A stretch of 64,000 bases of DNA from Paragordius varius (taxonomy: Eukaryota > Animalia > Nematomorpha), in contig OZ176053.1 in the NCBI GenBank assembly GCA_964247055.1, forward strand, positions 7,440,001 through 7,504,000, in the 5' to 3' direction. The stretch's first letter is position 1, and every line of letters begins with the position of its first letter. Below are positions 13,738 through 25,817 of the stretch, one piece after another. A program made the translations under genes and the position numbers. The notes under the pieces were generated by a model. That model was given only the letters and a program-made list of their open reading frames with translations. It made no database searches and had not been told where the DNA came from.

Positions 13738-14529
13738 ATATGTCCTAATTTATTTCATTGGTCTAACTGATATTTACAGTAAATAAATTGATTACTAGTA
13801 AATTTTTGTTAATATGCTTAAAATATAAAAGTTATCTATTAATATTTTACATATGAATATTTACCGATTGAAAGTATTAACGTATTGAGTGTCGTGCAAA
13901 GATGTTATGCAGCATATGGATTAGGTTTATGCTCTAAAACGGGGCATAATAAGACCGCTTAAAACTATTTCATCAGTATGGCTTATAAAATAATTTTAGT
14001 CCCCTAAAACATGTCCGAACTAAACCACAGTATTTTTATTTCCAACGTCTAAATTAATAAACTCCAAAAATTAATTATAATAATACGTAATTTTAATAAT
14101 ACAAAATGTGATTGTAATTCTTATTACATTTTCATTTTTTGTACCCGATGATATTTTGGGGTATTTTTATATTCCAGATCTGTATTAAACAAACTTGTTA
14201 CAAAGCTTTTTTTGGTAAAATTTAATTATCAATCTTTCTTCACTTGTATTAGATAAAAAAATATTTTTTTACAGTTTTTTAACTTCTACAGACTCGAATT
14301 CGGTGGCTAAAAAACACGATTGAAATGAACAGCTTATAATAAAATCAATAAATATCAAAGATTTATAGGTATTTTAATTTGAGCTTTTATTTATATAATA
14401 AAATAGTTTTATTTTCTATAGAAGATAAAATAAAAAAATATTTATTGAAATAGCAAATTTAAAAAAATAGTATCACAGGACTAGTTTCGAAATCTTATTC
14501 ATACAAAAATTATTTCTCTTCCATACATA

Positions 14530-14930
14530 AATTGTAATAGATAAAATCGCCAATATTTTGAAAAAATTTAACATTAAGTTGGTTTAATCAGGGAAAAAGA
14601 TAAAAAGTTTTATAAAAAAGAAACACAACGCTGATACTGAGGGACCGGGTTTCTACACGGTCAAATACAGCTGCAATGAACTTGACGCAGGAAAAACCTA
14701 GCAGAAAAATAATTACATGTTTAAGAAATTCCAACATAAAAAACTGTGCTATGGCAGAGCATGCTTAGATTTGGATCATGAAATTGATTTTAACGATGCA
14801 ACTTTTATTAATATTAGAAATTATAAAGATCGAATTATTAGGGAAGCCTTAGAGCGTTTTAAATATAAAGATAATAATCTAAACCGGGACGATGGATATA
14901 TCATAAATAATCATGGAAAGTTTTATTAAA
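14530..14930 (+). mobile_element. Penelope-like retroelement remnant (GIY-YIG endonuclease end)
   Basis: Frameshifted AMAEHA / LDHEIDFNDATFINIRNYKDRIIREALE..KDNNLNRDDGY. The H..IDF..R.IREA.E..NRDxG pattern is typical of PLE endonuclease C-termini. Confidence 0.7.
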
Positions 14931-15331
14931 ATTGGCCTATATTTTAAATATTAATTATATTTCTGAGCAAACCAATGCAAGCTCTTTTCAGTTAATAATG
15001 ATATCCTTTTAGGGATTTCGATCCTAATCCTGTGTTTTAAATTTGCCATCCAATAAATATTTTATTATCTTATCTTTTATTTATATATTTCAACCAAATT
15101 ATACATTTATTTGCCTGTTGTATTTACGATTAATAAAAAATAAAATGGCGGCGAAAATGTTTGAGATGATAATTTTTATACAATTTTATCAAAAAAAATT
15201 TTATATTATGCACCTAAAAAGCTAAATAACGAAAGCATATGTTAAAATTAAAGTGCTCAAAAATTTTTTTTAGATATTTGATTTTCGCTTGGGTTATAAA
15301 ACTACTTTAAATTTATAAGTTTCAAATTTAA

Positions 15332-16487
15332 CACTTCATTATCATTTGGGCTAGTTTATATCTCAGAGCGAGTGGATATTTGAATGTCTTAATACTTAGA
15401 TTCAAAGTTGATATTTTTAAAAAACTACGGAAAGAAACGGTTCCAATTTAAATTTTTGCTTAGATCCTAAAAAAATTATATAAATAAGCAATTTCTAAAT
15501 CAAATTTAGTTTTGGAAAAAATTCTGCATCTGACTACTTGGACGCCATTTTTGTTTGACAACATTTTTCAAAATATCGTGTTTATTTAACGCTTGGATGT
15601 AACACATTCATTTCAGTCCTTCTATTCAAATTGGGGTAGTTAAATACCCCAGGCCTGTTTAAAATTTAATTCTTTTAAAAATATGGAAGTGATCGAAACC
15701 ATGGCAAAATTTCTCACTTATATAACATTAATAAAACGAAATATATTGAAAATTTTATTCAAGATATTACTTATTTTAAGCTAAAACCGAAAGGTAAAAA
15801 TTAAACCAACGTGACATATGTGCAATGATAAAATTAAAAATTAATACAAAATGAACCCTTTTTCTTTCTGTCAATGTTAGATGTAATTTAAATAGAAAAA
15901 TTAACTTGTTTACCCTTAAAATTAAATAAAGACGATATTTTGCAAAAATTTTGTAAAATAAAAATGGCGTCGAAGTAGTTTGACATGGAACTTTTTTTTC
16001 GAAACTAAATTTTATTTAAATATTGGATATTTATATAATTTTTATTAGGATATAAGCATAAATTTAAATTGGGACCGTTTCCTTCAGCAGTTATTTAAAA
16101 ATACTAACATGAATTTAGTCTAGGGTATTGAGATACCCCAATTTGTATCGAAGTGTTAGTTTTAGGCCTAAAATTTAGTATTTTTTATTTAAATCACATT
16201 AAACATTAATATAAAAAGAAAAATGGGTATTTGCATTATATATTTAGAATATGCAAGCATGTGATATTGACTAAATTTTTACCTTTGGGTTTTACCTCTG
16301 ATTAAGTAATTTCATGTATTTTTAAAATTTTTTTTATATTTCGTTTCATTTTGTTATAAAAGTGCAAACTTTTGCCATGGTTTCAATTTATTTTATATAT
16401 CTTGAAATATTTGATTTTAAGCAAACCTGGGTTTACTACTTAACCCAATTTGAATTAAAGGACTGAAATCAATGTGTTGTATAAGTG
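15332..16487 (-). mobile_element. TTAA-associated MITE (reverse orientation), interrupted by a sibling copy
   Basis: Begins TTAA|CACTTCATTA. The halves 15332-15585 and 16160-16487 are colinear with the uninterrupted reverse copy at 17139-17677. Confidence 0.65.
15590..16155 (+). mobile_element. ~570-bp TTAA-flanked MITE (piggyBac-like, tentative)
   Basis: TTAA|CGCTTGGATGTAACACATTC ... GATACCCCAATTTGTATCGAAGTG|TTAG. Colinear over its full length with 37205-37778. Confidence 0.75.
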
Positions 16488-17138
16488 GTATTTAAAGTAT
16501 CAAACCAATAATAATGCTTTCTTTAGCCTTTTAGGCGCTTTACAAATATTTTTTTGAATAATAAAAAATAGAAAAATTATAGCCTCGAACTTTTTGCCGC
16601 CATTTTTTTCTAATAATTTTTTTAACACTTCATTACCTCAATTTTTGTCCTAGTCCAGCATTGTTTATTTTAAGAGGACTTCATAGTAGAAGGGCAAAAA
16701 ATTTAGGAGTTTTGAAGCCCTTATCTAAAAATTTACTGAAAATATTGTTCAGCTTATATGTTGTTGATAATATATTTTAGTGATACTTTTTGGAATAGAG
16801 ACCCTAGCTCTCACCAAAAGAATTTTATATATATGGGCGTAAATTATTTTCTGATTTTAAACTTACCACAAAAATGATAATAACTTTTTAAATCATTCAT
16901 GATCGCCAAAACCAAAAATACCTTGATAATTCAGATACATTTTCTTATCAGAATTATATATTTCATTAAATTAATTTTTTCTACTCCCTCTTTAGTGTTA
17001 TTTGTACACTGTATTAAATTTTTTGCGATATTGAAAACATCCGATCTTTTACCGCAAAAAACAATGCTATACTCGCTTTATATAAAAACTTCAGATTCAC
17101 CATCTAATTTTATATATATTCCGTTTGTATTCGCTAAA

Positions 17139-17677
17139 CACTTGGAAAATTGGGGTATCTAAATACCCCAGACAATATCTAAGTTCATATTAAAAAACTA
17201 CTGAAAGAAACTGTTTCAATATGCTTCGATCCCTATATAAATTATATAAAAAGGTCAAAATATCTAATTAAAATTTAATTTTGGTAAAAAGTTTCTCATA
17301 AAACTACTTGCACGCCATTTTTATTTCACAACATTTTTGAAAAATACCGTGATTAGATACTTAGACTGAAATAAGTTCACCTTTTTATTTAAATCACATT
17401 TAACATTATAAAAAGAAAAAGTGGTATATTTTGCGCGCATATATATTTAGCTTATGCATACATGTCATGTTGCCTAAATTCCCTTGGGTTTAACCTCTGG
17501 ATATATAATATTATGTATTTTTCAAATTTATATTTCGGTTTATTAATGTTATATAATTTCAAGCTTTTGTCATAGTTTCAATTTTCATATTTATAAAAAT
17601 ATTTAATTTTAATAAGCCTCGGGTATCTAACTACCCTAATTTGAATCTGACTGCATTGAATGTGTTGCATCCAAGTG
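17139..17677 (-). mobile_element. Reverse copy of the ~570-bp TTAA MITE
   Basis: CACTTGGAAAATTGGGGTATCTAAATACCCC ... AATGTGTTGCATCCAAGTG|TTAA, the reverse complement of the ends of 37205-37778. Confidence 0.7.
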
Positions 17678-17704
17678 TTAAAGCATTGAAACTTTTCTTA
17701 TCGG

Positions 17705-18251
17705 ATGACGAGCCTGAAAGCATTAGATCAGGTATCTATTGTTAATAAATTAGTTTGGATGGTATTGGGGGCCTTTAACATGGAAACAAGCAGAGAAAAT
17801 TCTTATCGAACACCCTAAAGGGACATTTTTACTCAGGGATAGTACAGATATTTACCATGTTTTGACGATTAGCTTTAAAGTTGATGATGGAGTTTTACAT
17901 TACCGTATGAAACAAAACCCATTCGTGCTAGAAGATCTAAATAACAAAAAAGGCCCCAATGAAAAAAGTTTGACTACCTTTTTATATTTTTACCATGTTT
18001 TCTCTCAACAAAAGGATTTAACAGGTGATACATTGTTCATCAAACCTAAATCCGAATTATCTTTCAGTCCAAATATTCCGCACTCGCTTAGTTTAATTAA
18101 ACCGTTAAATAGATTTCATTGCATATTTTCATTAAAATATATATGTAGATTTAAAATTCTATCCATATTATCAAGACCTTCAATTTTAAAATTACCTTTA
18201 CCATTATTCATGATTGAATATGTATTAGATCCAAAGTATTTATGTGAGTAA
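17705..18251 (+). CDS. Suppressor of cytokine signaling family protein (SH2 + SOCS box; SOCS6/7-like), ~174 aa
   Basis: Exon 17705-17731, 22-nt intron, exon 17754-18251: MTSLKALDQ|FGWYWGPLTWKQAEKILIEHPKGTFLLRDSTDIYHVLTISF..(SH2)..IFSLKYICRFKI..ILKLPLP..MIEYV (SOCS box). Confidence 0.88.
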
Positions 18252-18419
18252 CATAAAATATGCATTTATTCAAAATAAATATTTGTAATTCATACAAAAA
18301 ATAATTTAACTAAAAATGAAACACCGGCTACAGTTATATTTTGAATATGATCGACTATATTGAAATTAATTTAATATTACAAATCGATGTCTAACTAGGA
18401 CAAAACGCTATTGCGCAAA

Positions 18420-21268
18420 TTACGCCAACCGGGATTTGAGCTCTCGGCGTAAATAACGTTTCTCCGCATCTAAACGAGTAAATACTGAAAAGTTTTCACG
18501 AGCTCTTCTCAATAAATATGGTACGACACTTTCAACAGTTCCGTAGGGTAAATTTTTGTAAACCAATAGTTTTTTGCCATATTTTTCAGCTATTAATAAA
18601 AATTAACCTTAATAAAATAAATATTAAAAACGTTTAATTTGTTAAATTTATGTTTAAGAAATTATTACCTAAAAACGAAGTAAGATAATCGCACATGCCA
18701 TACAATTGTGCGAATGATATGCGTCGATCATCATATGATATTCCCAACTCTTTCATCCTTTAATTGTTAAAAAAATTATCAATAATCATTATGGTATGAA
18801 TAAATTCATAAAGCCGTACATACAATTAATCAATAATTTTAAATACGTAGATAAAATGATTGTATTTTTTGTAAGTTGTGAAAACAAAAAATATGCAAAC
18901 TTTTCCAATGCCAAGTTAACGGTATCAACGTTATGCGAAGCAATCATAAAATTCATTTTATCGAACGGTAGTATTTCTCCGTTTCTGTTTTCTTCTGTTT
19001 TGTTTAATTTTTTATTAATCGAGGATTCATTATTGTCGACATTGAGCGACGTTTTTTCGTTTAAATTTTTAGGGATACTGGGTATAAAGTAGGAGGAGGG
19101 ATCGGTATTGTTTGATGTTGCAAGTTTTTGCATACAAAAAGTCATCATGCAATTGTAATTATCGCATGTATCAGCATAAGTATCACATATTGGACCTAAA
19201 TTTATGGTAAATATATATTGTTTTCTTAATATCTTAAAAAATTATCTGCCCTTTCCCTTGTTAACAAAATTTGCCGTTTTTATCTTTTTTCTAATCGTTG
19301 GGAGTGTGCCGTAAAAATGTGAATAAATAATAATTGATTTTAACGTTAATAAAAAAATATTATTGTTCATACTAGATTGCATATTTTTTTGTGCGTTTTC
19401 CCGTTCCCATTCCATATAAGCTCCGCGTACCAATTTGCAATTAAAATGGATATCATATTTTTCGCAAAATTCAATGTCTGCCTTCAGGGCATTATATATA
19501 CCCTAAATTATGGAATTGAAAAATGTTGTATACAAATTGATGAATACACATTAAAAACCTTTATTATTGTAAAAAATTTTAATTATGCAAACCTTAAAAT
19601 AACATTGATATGTGGGACCTATAGTGGGAAAATCTTTATTGTAAGAATACATAAGTAATCTGGTTATGAAATATATTGTCGGATTTACTGGCGTATACTC
19701 GCTATCGATAAGGAGTTTGATTCGGTTGTTTTTAGAATACTAATGATTAATATAAAACAAAGTAAAGCATACAATTATATTATATATTAGGTAAACAATT
19801 GTATATGAATATACCTGACAAAGCGGTTCTAAAGCATCCAACATACGAATGAACAGGGACAAATATTCGGGCGATAAATTTTTGTGGAAAATCTTAGATA
19901 AAATTTAAAAAAATAATTTGTACTTGACTAGACTTGAGAGTCTCAATGTTATAGATTGTCGAATCATTTTGAACGTATGGGAGCACGTTCTTACCAAATT
20001 CTTCCTATTATAATTAGCGTTGGTTATTAGTTAAGTATCAAAAATTGGAGATGCAATATAAAAAACATAGCTCGTCATACCAAAACTTTAAGGGGCAAAA
20101 GGGAAGACAATTTAAAATTCATAACATTTGGCTTATTAGCGTAATCGTTGCCATATAATTTTAGGGCCTCATTAATGTAGGCGACATTCTTAAAAAAGGT
20201 CCCAGTAACTTGATACGGCGAAATGTTTTGAGATAATATCTCACTAATGGTTTTATCCCTAATAAATATAAAAGAGATATACGTTTAGTCCATACATAAA
20301 TGAGTTATAATATAAATTGTTCTTTATATGCAAGTAAATTTTTATATTTGGCAATTTAATATGAGTTCTGCATAAGTTGTATCTTTAATCAAAAAAATGG
20401 TAAACATACAGGCTAAGGTTAAACACTAAGTTAAGCCATCAAACTTTTTATAACAAAATCGAAAATATTGTGAAAAAATGGAAAATGCCATAAAATTATA
20501 TATAAAAAATCTTGAAAATAACCAAAACATCCACATGTTCATACCTACTAATATAATATATCAATATATTTTTAATTATAATGTCGTGTAATATGATGTA
20601 AAAAACCCCTTTAAAGGTTCATCAATAGGTAATTCTTCAATTGGCACAGCTATAAAGGGGGAAATACCCTTGGATTCTAAATAATTTAATTTTTCTGTTA
20701 ATTCACGAATAGTTTCCCCAGCCACAAATTGATGATAAATGGTGGATTTAATAAGGCTGTTACAAACATTTTTGCCAACAAATTTTTGCGTGAGGGATAC
20801 AAGCTAAAAATAGATTTTTCATGCACATTATATGTTTTTGCAAAAAAATTAAAAAAATGAAGATAAACAAGTTAAGGCTATAATATGATTAATTGATACA
20901 ACAAATTTATGAAAAAATGTTAGTACAAAAAAATGAATTCATAAAAAACATACTTTATCTGCATTTTTGACAAATAAAGGGATCGAGCACATTTCCATAA
21001 CAAGAAAATTACGACATAAATCAAACAAAGATTCATCCTTGTACATATCAGAAGGAGGATTATCTTGAAATTTAATGCATGCGTTAGAATAATTCATAAA
21101 TTTAGGGTCTGATATTGAACTAGATATAGTTGAGAGAACTCGGGAATTTTTGTTATGAATATATCTTTTTACTATAGTAAAACTAAATTTGGAAGCGTTT
21201 GGGTATATATAATATAAGGGTATATATGGGGATAGCTGATACATGTTAATAATTGGTAGTCGATTCAT
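18420..21268 (-). CDS. PRODH2: Proline/hydroxyproline dehydrogenase, PRODH2-like, spliced
   Basis: Exons yield YHQFVAGET..PFIAVPIEE, LLIDSEYTPVNP, TYQCYFK, KLVRGAYMEWER, MIASHN, FAQLYGMCD and VYKNLPYG..VPYLLRRAREN, with the stop at 18420-18422. VAGET..AVP.EE and D.EYT..NP favour the PRODH2 subtype. The start codon is uncertain (ATG at 21268 or 21244). Confidence 0.85.
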
Positions 21269-21928
21269 TTGGAGGTGTAACAGAGAAACGAGCACTTTTA
21301 TGATATTATGGTAATGCAATATTACATCATTTAAATCTCGTGGTAAAAATTTTCTTTTCTCATAATTTTTATTTATATAACAAAAATTGAGTTGAAGATT
21401 GCAATATTATTTGGTTTAAAAAATATGTAACATTTTATTAACTCTTTAAGTAGTCTTCCAATATCTTATAATGTAGATAAGATATTGGGCCCAATTTTAA
21501 AATTGCACTCTTTAGCCATTAGGCGCATGATTCAAGTTTTGTTGGAATTTTGAATTATAAATATATGACACACCATTTTTCCCTTTTTTATTTTTCAACG
21601 TGGCAATTGTTGAATATTATAGCGTAGAAATTGTAAAATTAATTATTGCAAGCTTTCATTTACTAAACATCTAAGTTATTTTAATATTTGGATCGATGTT
21701 CTATTTAATTATATTGGAAGCTACTTCGGTTTTGATCTAGGAGTTAAAACTGAAATGACATATACTTTTTATAATTTAGGATACCGATACAATATATAAT
21801 TTAGCCAATACAACATTTAAAACGTTAGTTTATTTAAATTAGCTCTACAAATATAACCCATTGTAACCACAAAATAAAAGGGAGAAGTCTTTGTGATTGT
21901 ATTGTGCCTATATAATACTATATATATA

Positions 21929-22340
21929 CACCGGGTCGAAAATCGGGCTCTGATGAAATATATACTGATATAAAATTGTATTAGGATTATCATGGTACTT
22001 TTTTGGCCCTTACGAACACTTTTGGAGTAAGTGCTAAATAACAGGAAATGGCAAAATTTGACGTCATTTTTTAAAATATATTTTTTTAGTGAAAGCTAGA
22101 GGAAAAAACATCACTAAATAAATCATACACATATAAAATGCAAAAAAATAGTTTCAAGGAATTATTTTTTGATCAGGGCGGCCAAAGCCCCAAATTTTTT
22201 GCTCGTCTAAAATGAGCTAGTTCTCTCAAAACATAAATATGCCGAGATCGCGCGATAAAAAATTTAATATGCTAAAGTTTGATATCAATTTTGAAAAAAT
22301 GTATACTTTTTTGATTGATTAGCGAATTATTGCTTGCTTC
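21929..22340 (+). mobile_element. Left arm of TA-type foldback/MITE family
   Basis: TA|CACCGGGTCGAAAATCGGG, then blocks (ATTATCATGGTAC..GGCCCTTAC; CTCGTCTAAAATGAGCTAGTTCTC) shared with 24648-25817. Confidence 0.6.
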
Positions 22341-24482
22341 ATACTATTTTGAGTCATGATGGAATAAGACATTGGGTAGGGTGATAATTTATTTAGACCT
22401 GACTTTAAAGATTTTCAAGTCATGGCTTACCTTCATGTGATAAAAAATTTAAAATTAAAAGAGTCAAGTCAAGCAAAACTTTTCTAGGTGATAAAATCAT
22501 ATGATCTATTAAAACTTGATTTTGCAGTGTGGTCTAAAGCACACTTGACAGATTTTAAAAGGTGGATAAAATTATTTTGGAAAATGTTTGTATAAATGAA
22601 CTAGGTTTTATGTGTAAACCTTTATTTATGTTATAAACTTTATATTGATAATTTTCGGCTAAATTACCTATTCATATTGGGTGGATACAATAGAGGGTGA
22701 AATTTGGAAAAACCAGCCAAATGTATATAGGAGCATCTGAATATATCAGTTCATTTATTAATCCCATAAAAATCAAGTAAATTTTTTTGTTTTAATAGTG
22801 TATTCGCTGTATTACCAAGAAATTTAATTATTATCTGCAACATATACCGTACAAATTTGAAAATTCTCTCGCTAGTTCGTATAAAACAAAAATTTATAAA
22901 ATTTCTTCGCTTTAATTAGCAAATCCTGCATAAATTATCAAGATATATCTGAAATTTATTATAATATCTTCCTATCTGATGAACATTAGATTATCGCTTT
23001 TAAAATTAGACAAAAATAAAAAGTTAATGAAGGTATATTTCATCTAATTAGTTACTAACATACTTAACAATTGCATCATCTTCTAAGTCATTAACGCTAA
23101 AGGTTAAGTCATATTATTATAACATGTAAAGTGTTTTATTAATAATTAATTACAAATGTAATGTTAATATACAATTTAAAATAATAATATCTTGTTTTAT
23201 TTTATTAATATCCCATTATATTTGCAAAACGGCTTCTAACAAAATAAATAGTAAGTGAAGCAATTTGGACGGATATTTACCAAGAATTTGTAATAGACAA
23301 TGCTGCAGATCAATGGAAAATAGCGCTTATATAATAACAACTATTTCTTATGGTGTAGCTTAGAATAAACAACTATAAAATACTTTATAATTTTTACGTA
23401 TTTTACCTGAAAACATTATGCTAAACTTGGGGTAAAATAATAGAAGGAGTGTTTTACGGGCAAATGGTTTTATATTACAAATTTCAGGTACCTGGCTAAT
23501 TGTTAAATAAAACCTATAATATTATAAATTTAACTTACCTGCCATGGAGTTTACAAAACTTTAATCAATGCGTATTGTACTGGTTGTTTATCTTTATGGT
23601 GCCTTATTTCATTAGTTTTGATTGAAAATGATAAATAATTTTAAAATACGAATTGGGTGGCAAAAAAATGTTGCATTCACAAAAGACCTGACATAAGTTT
23701 TTTTTATCACCGATCTTCAAGCCCTGACTTAATTAGCTCAACTTGCCACACTTGACATCAGGTCGCAACTTTTATATCACCCCACCCATTATAAAACCAT
23801 TTTCTATTTTCTATATAATTCCATAATGCTATATATTTTTTTACATGTGCCTAAAAGACTAAAGAAAGCATATTTTTAATTCGGATAATACCTTAAATAC
23901 TTATGATATTCAAATTTCGATTCGCTCTGGTTTATAAAACTAACCCAAAAAGTAATAAATTCTCAAATGCTAAATAAGGGCATCACCTTCTCTGTAATAA
24001 GCCATTCTAAAAAAATAACATGACTTACAGCAGTTTTAAACACAGACCAATACGATATGAATAATGATTTTTCCGTGGGAAAAATTTGTAGCAGAGTGCA
24101 ATTTTCATATTACTCATGGGTTAAGTTCCACCCTATGTGTTTTTAGTATATATTTTTTATTTTTACCGTATTGATGCATATGTTTTTCATTCTGTTTGGT
24201 TCATATGTTATAACTGATTACACTAAATGTTTGGTCTGCCGTTGTAAACCTAAGAAAACGCCAAAAGTAGTTAATGAACATTAAATCTTTCAAATAAACA
24301 AATCAAAGAGTAAAGAAATACACTTGGGTCAAAATAGGTTATTTATACCTATTGAAAGCCATCTCAAATCCATTTTTTGTTTAAAAAATAATGTCTCCCC
24401 AATGGTGCAATCTAATGCCTCATTACCATAATGGAGTTTACCGATAACACGGAAATTGATCCTTTTAAAAAAAAGTTGAGAT

Positions 24483-24540
24483 GTCCTGCAAAACTTCAGT
24501 TTTGCGGGGGAGTCCTGCAAAACTTCAGTTTTGCGGGGGA
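24483..24540. repeat. Perfect 29-nt tandem duplication, each unit a hairpin
   Basis: (GTCCTGCAAAACTTCAGTTTTGCGGGGGA)x2; stem CCTGCAAAACT / AGTTTTGCGGG. Confidence 0.9.
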
Positions 24541-24647
24541 ACTATACCTATGCCACATTAAAATCTAGTCCTTTTTATACAAATTATATATTTTATTTAA
24601 TAAAGCATTTTAATCAAATATCAAACACATAATCCTTAATAGCGTTA

Positions 24648-25817
24648 CATGGTGTCCACAAAAAATAACCTGATAAAATTATAATGTGGTAGGAAAATGT
24701 ATCAGAATTATCATGGTACTTTTGATTTTGGCCCTTACAAGTGATATAAGAAGGTGATTTATAGATTTGTGGTAAGTGCACCATATGGGAAAATGGAAGA
24801 TTTTTCGCACAGTTTTTAAATAATTTTTTTTGCCAAATCCAAATGCTTCATTCCAAAAAATATCATCAAAATATATTTTAAAAAATCAATATTTTTAAAA
24901 ATTTTAGTTTTAGATTAGGCTCAGATCTCAAATTTTTTCCCTCGTCTAAAATGGGCTAGTTCTCTTAAAATAAACACGAAAATGCCGAGATTTGAGACAT
25001 GCTAAATTTTGATATCAACTAAAAATATTTTTAAAAATGTACTTTATCAAAAATTCAATTTTTAGCAAAATTTTGTTGAAGCCTACTTCATACTGTTTTG
25101 TTGCATGATGGAAACGGTATAAAAACGCTTTAAAATATTATAAAAACACTTGTTATAATTCGATGATGCTGAATATTTTTATCACCTCAAAATTTTGATT
25201 AAAATATTCGTCTTCAAATTTATGTTAAATACATATTGTATTTTTATACGAAATTTACCGAAACAACCGAACCCCTAAACTAAATTGAAGCGATAGAAAT
25301 GTTCAGCATTATCGAATTATATAAAAAAAGTGTTTTTATCTTCAGGCGTTTTATACCGTTTTCATGCCTTAAAATAGTATGATGTATGTCTCAACAAAAT
25401 TCTGATAAAAAATAAATTTTAATAAAATGCATTTTTTTGAAATTATTTGATATCAAAATTTAGCGTATATTTTAAGTTTTTATCGCGCCATCTCGAATTT
25501 TTATGTTAAATTTAGAGCATATTCCATTTTAAACGAGCAAAAAATTTGGGACTTTGGGCGCCCTGATCGAAAAATTAAAATTCTTTGAAACTATTGTTTT
25601 GCTTTTTATGTGTAGTTTATGATAAATTTTAGTGATAATTTCTGAGCGAAAAATTTGCTATTTTCTGATATGATGCACTTGCAACAAAAGTGTAAATAAT
25701 TTACTGATAACACTCGTAAGAGCCAAAACCAAAAGCACCATGATAATCTGATATATTTTCCTATCAGAATAATATATATATAAGTATTTTTAACACCCCC
25801 CGAATTTGGACGCAGTG
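24648..25817. mobile_element. ~1.17-kb foldback element with long imperfect inverted arms (Tc1/mariner-like ends, tentative)
   Basis: Several blocks in 24700-25170 recur as reverse complements in 25290-25780, e.g. TTTTGTTGAAGCCTACTTCATACTG..GGAAACGGTATAAAAACGC vs GGCGTTTTATACCGTTTTCATG..CTCAACAAAA. Related arms occur at ~10800-11450, 21929-22340, 33150-33880 and 36434-36570. Confidence 0.7.

Noticed and set aside
18796-19658. Plus-strand ORFs 18796..19092 and 19377..19658
   Set aside because: Antisense to PRODH2 exons.
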